From NCBI GenBank assembly GCA_021432655.1, contig MU271524.1:1-37845 (forward strand): a stretch of DNA of 37,845 nucleotides, read 5' to 3'. Within the stretch, counting starts at the first letter, position 1; each line of letters starts with the position of its first letter. The notes below the pieces were generated by a model. That model did not search any database and had not been told where the DNA came from. It worked only from the letters and a program-made list of their open reading frames with translations. The DNA is from Atractiella rhizophila (lineage: Eukaryota). Below, piece after piece: positions 34,104-37,845 of the stretch. The translations under genes and the position numbers were made by a program.

Positions 34104-34800
34104 TTGCTATCTCGATAGACTTGTAAAATCTCACAAGCAAAAACATCTCAGTTCCTTCTCGTCAACTCCCGATTCGAAACGCAGTATCCCATCTTCGTCT
34201 TCATCGAGGACTCAACCGTCTCCACTTGTCTCACAACCGGAACGATCACCCTCATTCGCCTGTACCCCACTGAACCGCAAGACATACTACAATCCACTGC
34301 CCGTGTGGAGAGCCGATCCAGAATGGGATCCTCCATACCTCACGCAAGAGGAGGAGTGGCAGATGGCGACTTTTTGTTTCCCCAAAAAAGGCACTGTTCC
34401 CTATAATATCTCTTGGTAAACAAATGAAATTCTTGGGTTTTGGTTTCGTATGGCTTTCTCTCGCTTTGATATACACATACACACACATAGCTATTAGCTA
34501 TATCGGTATCGCTTGTTTTGTGCTCTCTCTTGATTCGAATATTCAATGTCTACTTTCCGTCTGTTCTTGGCCTAACACATGTATCTCTACCCCTAACCTG
34601 ATTGGTATGCCATGTCCTGATCCTCAAATCCATTCCCACTCGAGGAGATAAATGTGAGGGATTATACACCCAAGAAACACTTTGATGCCGTGTGAAAGCG
34701 CAGAATCATGAGTGATGTTAGAAATGCGCCACGTCATCGTCTCCCGTCAACAACAGTTCCAGTCTTCCACTTGAACAAACGATTGGACGAATCATTCAAC

Positions 34801-36876
34801 ATGTGGGCGCCACCACCAGCCTCCTACCCGCACATTCTGCTCGTGCTCCTCGCCGCACAATACAGCTTCGAAGCCATCCTCTCCCTCCTCCAGCTCACGC
34901 ACCTCCACCACTCGCCCTCGTCCCCGCCCTTCAAGCTACGCAGGTTCCTCAATCTCTTGGACGAGGTGAGGGTGGCCGATGCTGCGTCTCAATCCAAAGA
35001 TGTAGCAGCGAAAGGAGGAGATAAGGATGGAGCGAAGGAAGGGAAGGAGGAGGAGGTGTTGGATGCACGCCAGACGTTCGAAAAGAGCCAAAACTACGCG
35101 AGGGACAAGATCTACTTCTCCCTCTTCTCCTCCACCCTCTCCCTCCTCCTCAACGTTCTCCTCCTCTTCCCAGTCAAACAGTTCAACCATCTCCCGCTGT
35201 TCACGCACCTCTATCTCAACCCATACCTCACCATACCTCCGTCCCTCCTCAAACCCTTCCAGTGGATCCGTCTCCTCCCTCCCTCTTCCAATCCCGTCCA
35301 CTTCGAAATAGTCAAAACGCTCTCATTCCTCCTATGCCTCCTCCCACTCACGACCGTTATCTCCTTACCGCTCAGTTATCTGAAGACCTTCCATCTGGAG
35401 GAGAAACACGGATTCAACAAGTCGACGAGGAAGCTGTGGATCGTGGATGAGATAAAGAGCTTTGGGCTCACACTTGCGTTCGGCGCGCCGCTGGTCATTG
35501 CGGGTGTCAGGGTCATGAGGTGGGCCTGGGGAGAAGGAGGGAGGGAGGCGTGGTGGGTTGGTGGAACAGAGGGAGGGATGTATGTCCTTTCTTTTTTGTT
35601 CCGTTTCGTGGTCTATCTGAGGTGCGCTCTGTCGAGCATTTTGGTTGAGACGAGTGATGCCGTTGAGCTTTCATTCTAGTCGTTCTAGTTTGAGCATGGA
35701 AAGAAAGCCTCTCCTTCTGTCCTTCTGTTAGGCTTTTTGAAGTCCTATCAAAATCTTACTAGGTGTCATCCATCGACGCGCTCTACGAGCACAATGACGC
35801 GTCTTACGAGTACACGGACACGTATAACGAGCGTATTGCAGAGGAGCTTGCCCGTGGTGCTGGTGGAAGGCGTTTGACTCACGAAGCATGCTGACCATCT
35901 CGCAATTAGAATCGCCATCCAACTTCTCTTCCTCATCTTGTACCCAGTCGTCAGTGAGTCTCTCTCACACCGATGTACCGGGAAGATGATGCTAATGGAC
36001 CGACTGAACAAGTCGCGCCGATGTTCAACAAGTTCACTCCACTCCCCGCTGACTCGCCATTGACGACTCAGCTGAGCGCTTTGGCGAAGAGAGTCGATTT
36101 CCCGCTCGGAAAGATCTGGGTCTGCGATTCGAGCAAGCGCAGTTCTCACTCGTACGCTTCTCTCTTTAGACAACATACGTTGGCTGAGTAGTGGTGCAGG
36201 AACGCTTTCTTTTACGGTGTCCCTTTCCTTACTAAACACATCGTGCTATTCGATACACTGATTGAGAAAAACTCGACGGAAGAAGTGCTCGCCGTTCTCG
36301 GTGCGAGCTTACATAACATGAACAAGCAGCAACCTAATGGGTGTGATGTATAGGACACGAACTGGGCCACTTCAAGAAAGGACACAACGTCTCCCTCCTC
36401 CTCTCTACCGACACATACGTGCTATTCCTCCTCGTCCTCTTCACCACCTCCGTCCAATCCCCCGCCATCTTCTCCTCCTTCGGCTTCCCCTCTCCATCAG
36501 CCACTTCGCCGTATCCAATCCTCTTGGGCTTCATTCTCGCACAAGACGTCTTCGGTCCACTCGATTGTCTTGCGCAGTTCGTTATGCACTCTCTGAGCCG
36601 ACGATTCGAGTATCAGGCTGACGAGTTCGCAAAGAACCTTGGGTACGTCCTTCTTTGTTGACTGCTTCCATGAACGGGGATGAGATTAAGGTGCTGACGG
36701 TGTTGGTGTGCCATAGGTATGCGGAACAGTTGAAGAGGGGTCTCGTTCGCATTGGAGCTGACAATATGGGTGTGACGGACTGTCATAAGCTCTGGAGCGC
36801 GTATCATCACTCGCATCCCACGTTGGGAGAGAGGATCGAAAGATTAGATGATTCAGATGATAAAAAGAAGGAGTAA
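34801..36876 (+). CDS. STE24: CAAX prenyl protease 1 (peptidase M48), multi-exon
   Basis: TFEKSQNYARDK; TFHLEEKHGFNKST; FNKFTPLP; DSSKRSSHS|NAFFYG; HIVLFDTLI; AVL|GHELGH zinc motif; LSRRFEYQADEFA; YHHSHPTLGERI. Confidence 0.96.
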
Positions 36877-37845
36877 CTCTTTAGAGGGCAAGTCTCGATG
36901 CAATGTTGAGAAAGATTAAGGGTCATCATCGTCCAATGGGGTACGAGTTCCAACGAGTTCCGCGACGACTTTCTAACTCGCCTGCCCTGTGAGGACGCGT
37001 GTGGGCCAAAAGGAAGGTAACATCGGTGTCATTAGCATGATCCTGTATATATCTCTTCAGGACTGTCCGAGCTATACTATTTGAGAAAATGACAACACTC
37101 TCCTATTTTTCCCACTCCATCTCAGTCTTCTCAGGTCGGCTCAGTGTCAATGACCTGTTATGAGGATTGCTGTCCGATCGTTCAAGCGGGCGATTTCGGA
37201 ATAGCAGAATCATAATCAGTTTCACCTATCTCTTTCTCAGACTCAGTGGTTTTCACGCTCTGTATCCATCTCCTTTTCACAGCTCAAACAAATAGGCAAG
37301 TACACCCCGAAATGATCCGGTTAACGCCAGTAGTATGAAGTTGGTTATGAAACAGGTGAAATACTACCTGCCACGAATGTGTTAGGACGCTCCTTAGACA
37401 AGACACATCGGTCTGTCCTCGCCTGTTGCACGCAAAATTTGCAAAGCAGACCTAAACGCCATTTCATACGGTTAGCGAATATAGATAATGCTGCTAAATT
37501 GTTCGACTTTCTCAAACCACACCTCTTCCATGAAACTTTGGGATCATGATGTAAGCAATTTCTCTAGAGCTGAAAGTTGAAACCTTTGATCCGAGCATAA
37601 GGTGCCCGAGGCACCAAGCTCACCAATCAATTCGAGCGTGTTCGCGTCAAATCGCTTCTCCCTGACTTTTCTGCTCGGAGGGTAAGGCGTGCCACTGTTC
37701 CCCGGACAGTCGCGTCATACGGTGGACAATGAACTTGAAGATCTGGAAACTGCTTTAAATGCAAGCATTAATGATTGTGTGGGTAGAAGTGCTCGCGATC
37801 GCGCCGTCCCCGGAAGTTTCAGTAATGGATTTCGTGAGGGGATTC

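Noticed and set aside
36877..37845. Possible gene or RNA at the right end
   Set aside because: No ORF in the track and no recognisable structure; treated as intergenic.

Overview
Intron-rich eukaryotic genomic DNA, most likely a basidiomycete fungus (inferred from ~45-75 nt GT..CTRAC..AG introns and gene content). Left part: a head-to-head pair, UBR7-like (-) and proteasome ubiquitin receptor RPN13 (+), then an F-box/LRR-like gene. From ~7.3 to 17.5 kb lies a transposon graveyard. It holds an inverted cluster of LTRs and a decayed minus-strand Ty3/Gypsy chromovirus (gag-PR-RT-RH-IN-chromodomain). Three insertions with intact target-site duplications are nested in it: a 441-bp solo LTR (GCGCA), a 206-bp copia-type solo LTR (ACTTC) and a 685-bp hAT-type MITE (ATTCTAAT). 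Next to it is a ~3.6-kb block of two convergent dead reading frames full of TAA/TAG stops (RIP-like CpA->TpA pattern), spanning an assembly gap. Right part: ordinary genes (Pro/Ser-rich protein, small hypothetical genes and a pseudogene with a duplicated tail, EI24/RRT8-like, F-box, OPI3/PEMT, Pcl-type cyclin, F-box/LRR, STE24). No rRNA, tRNA or CRISPR recognised. All family calls come from recognised motifs; no database search was run.
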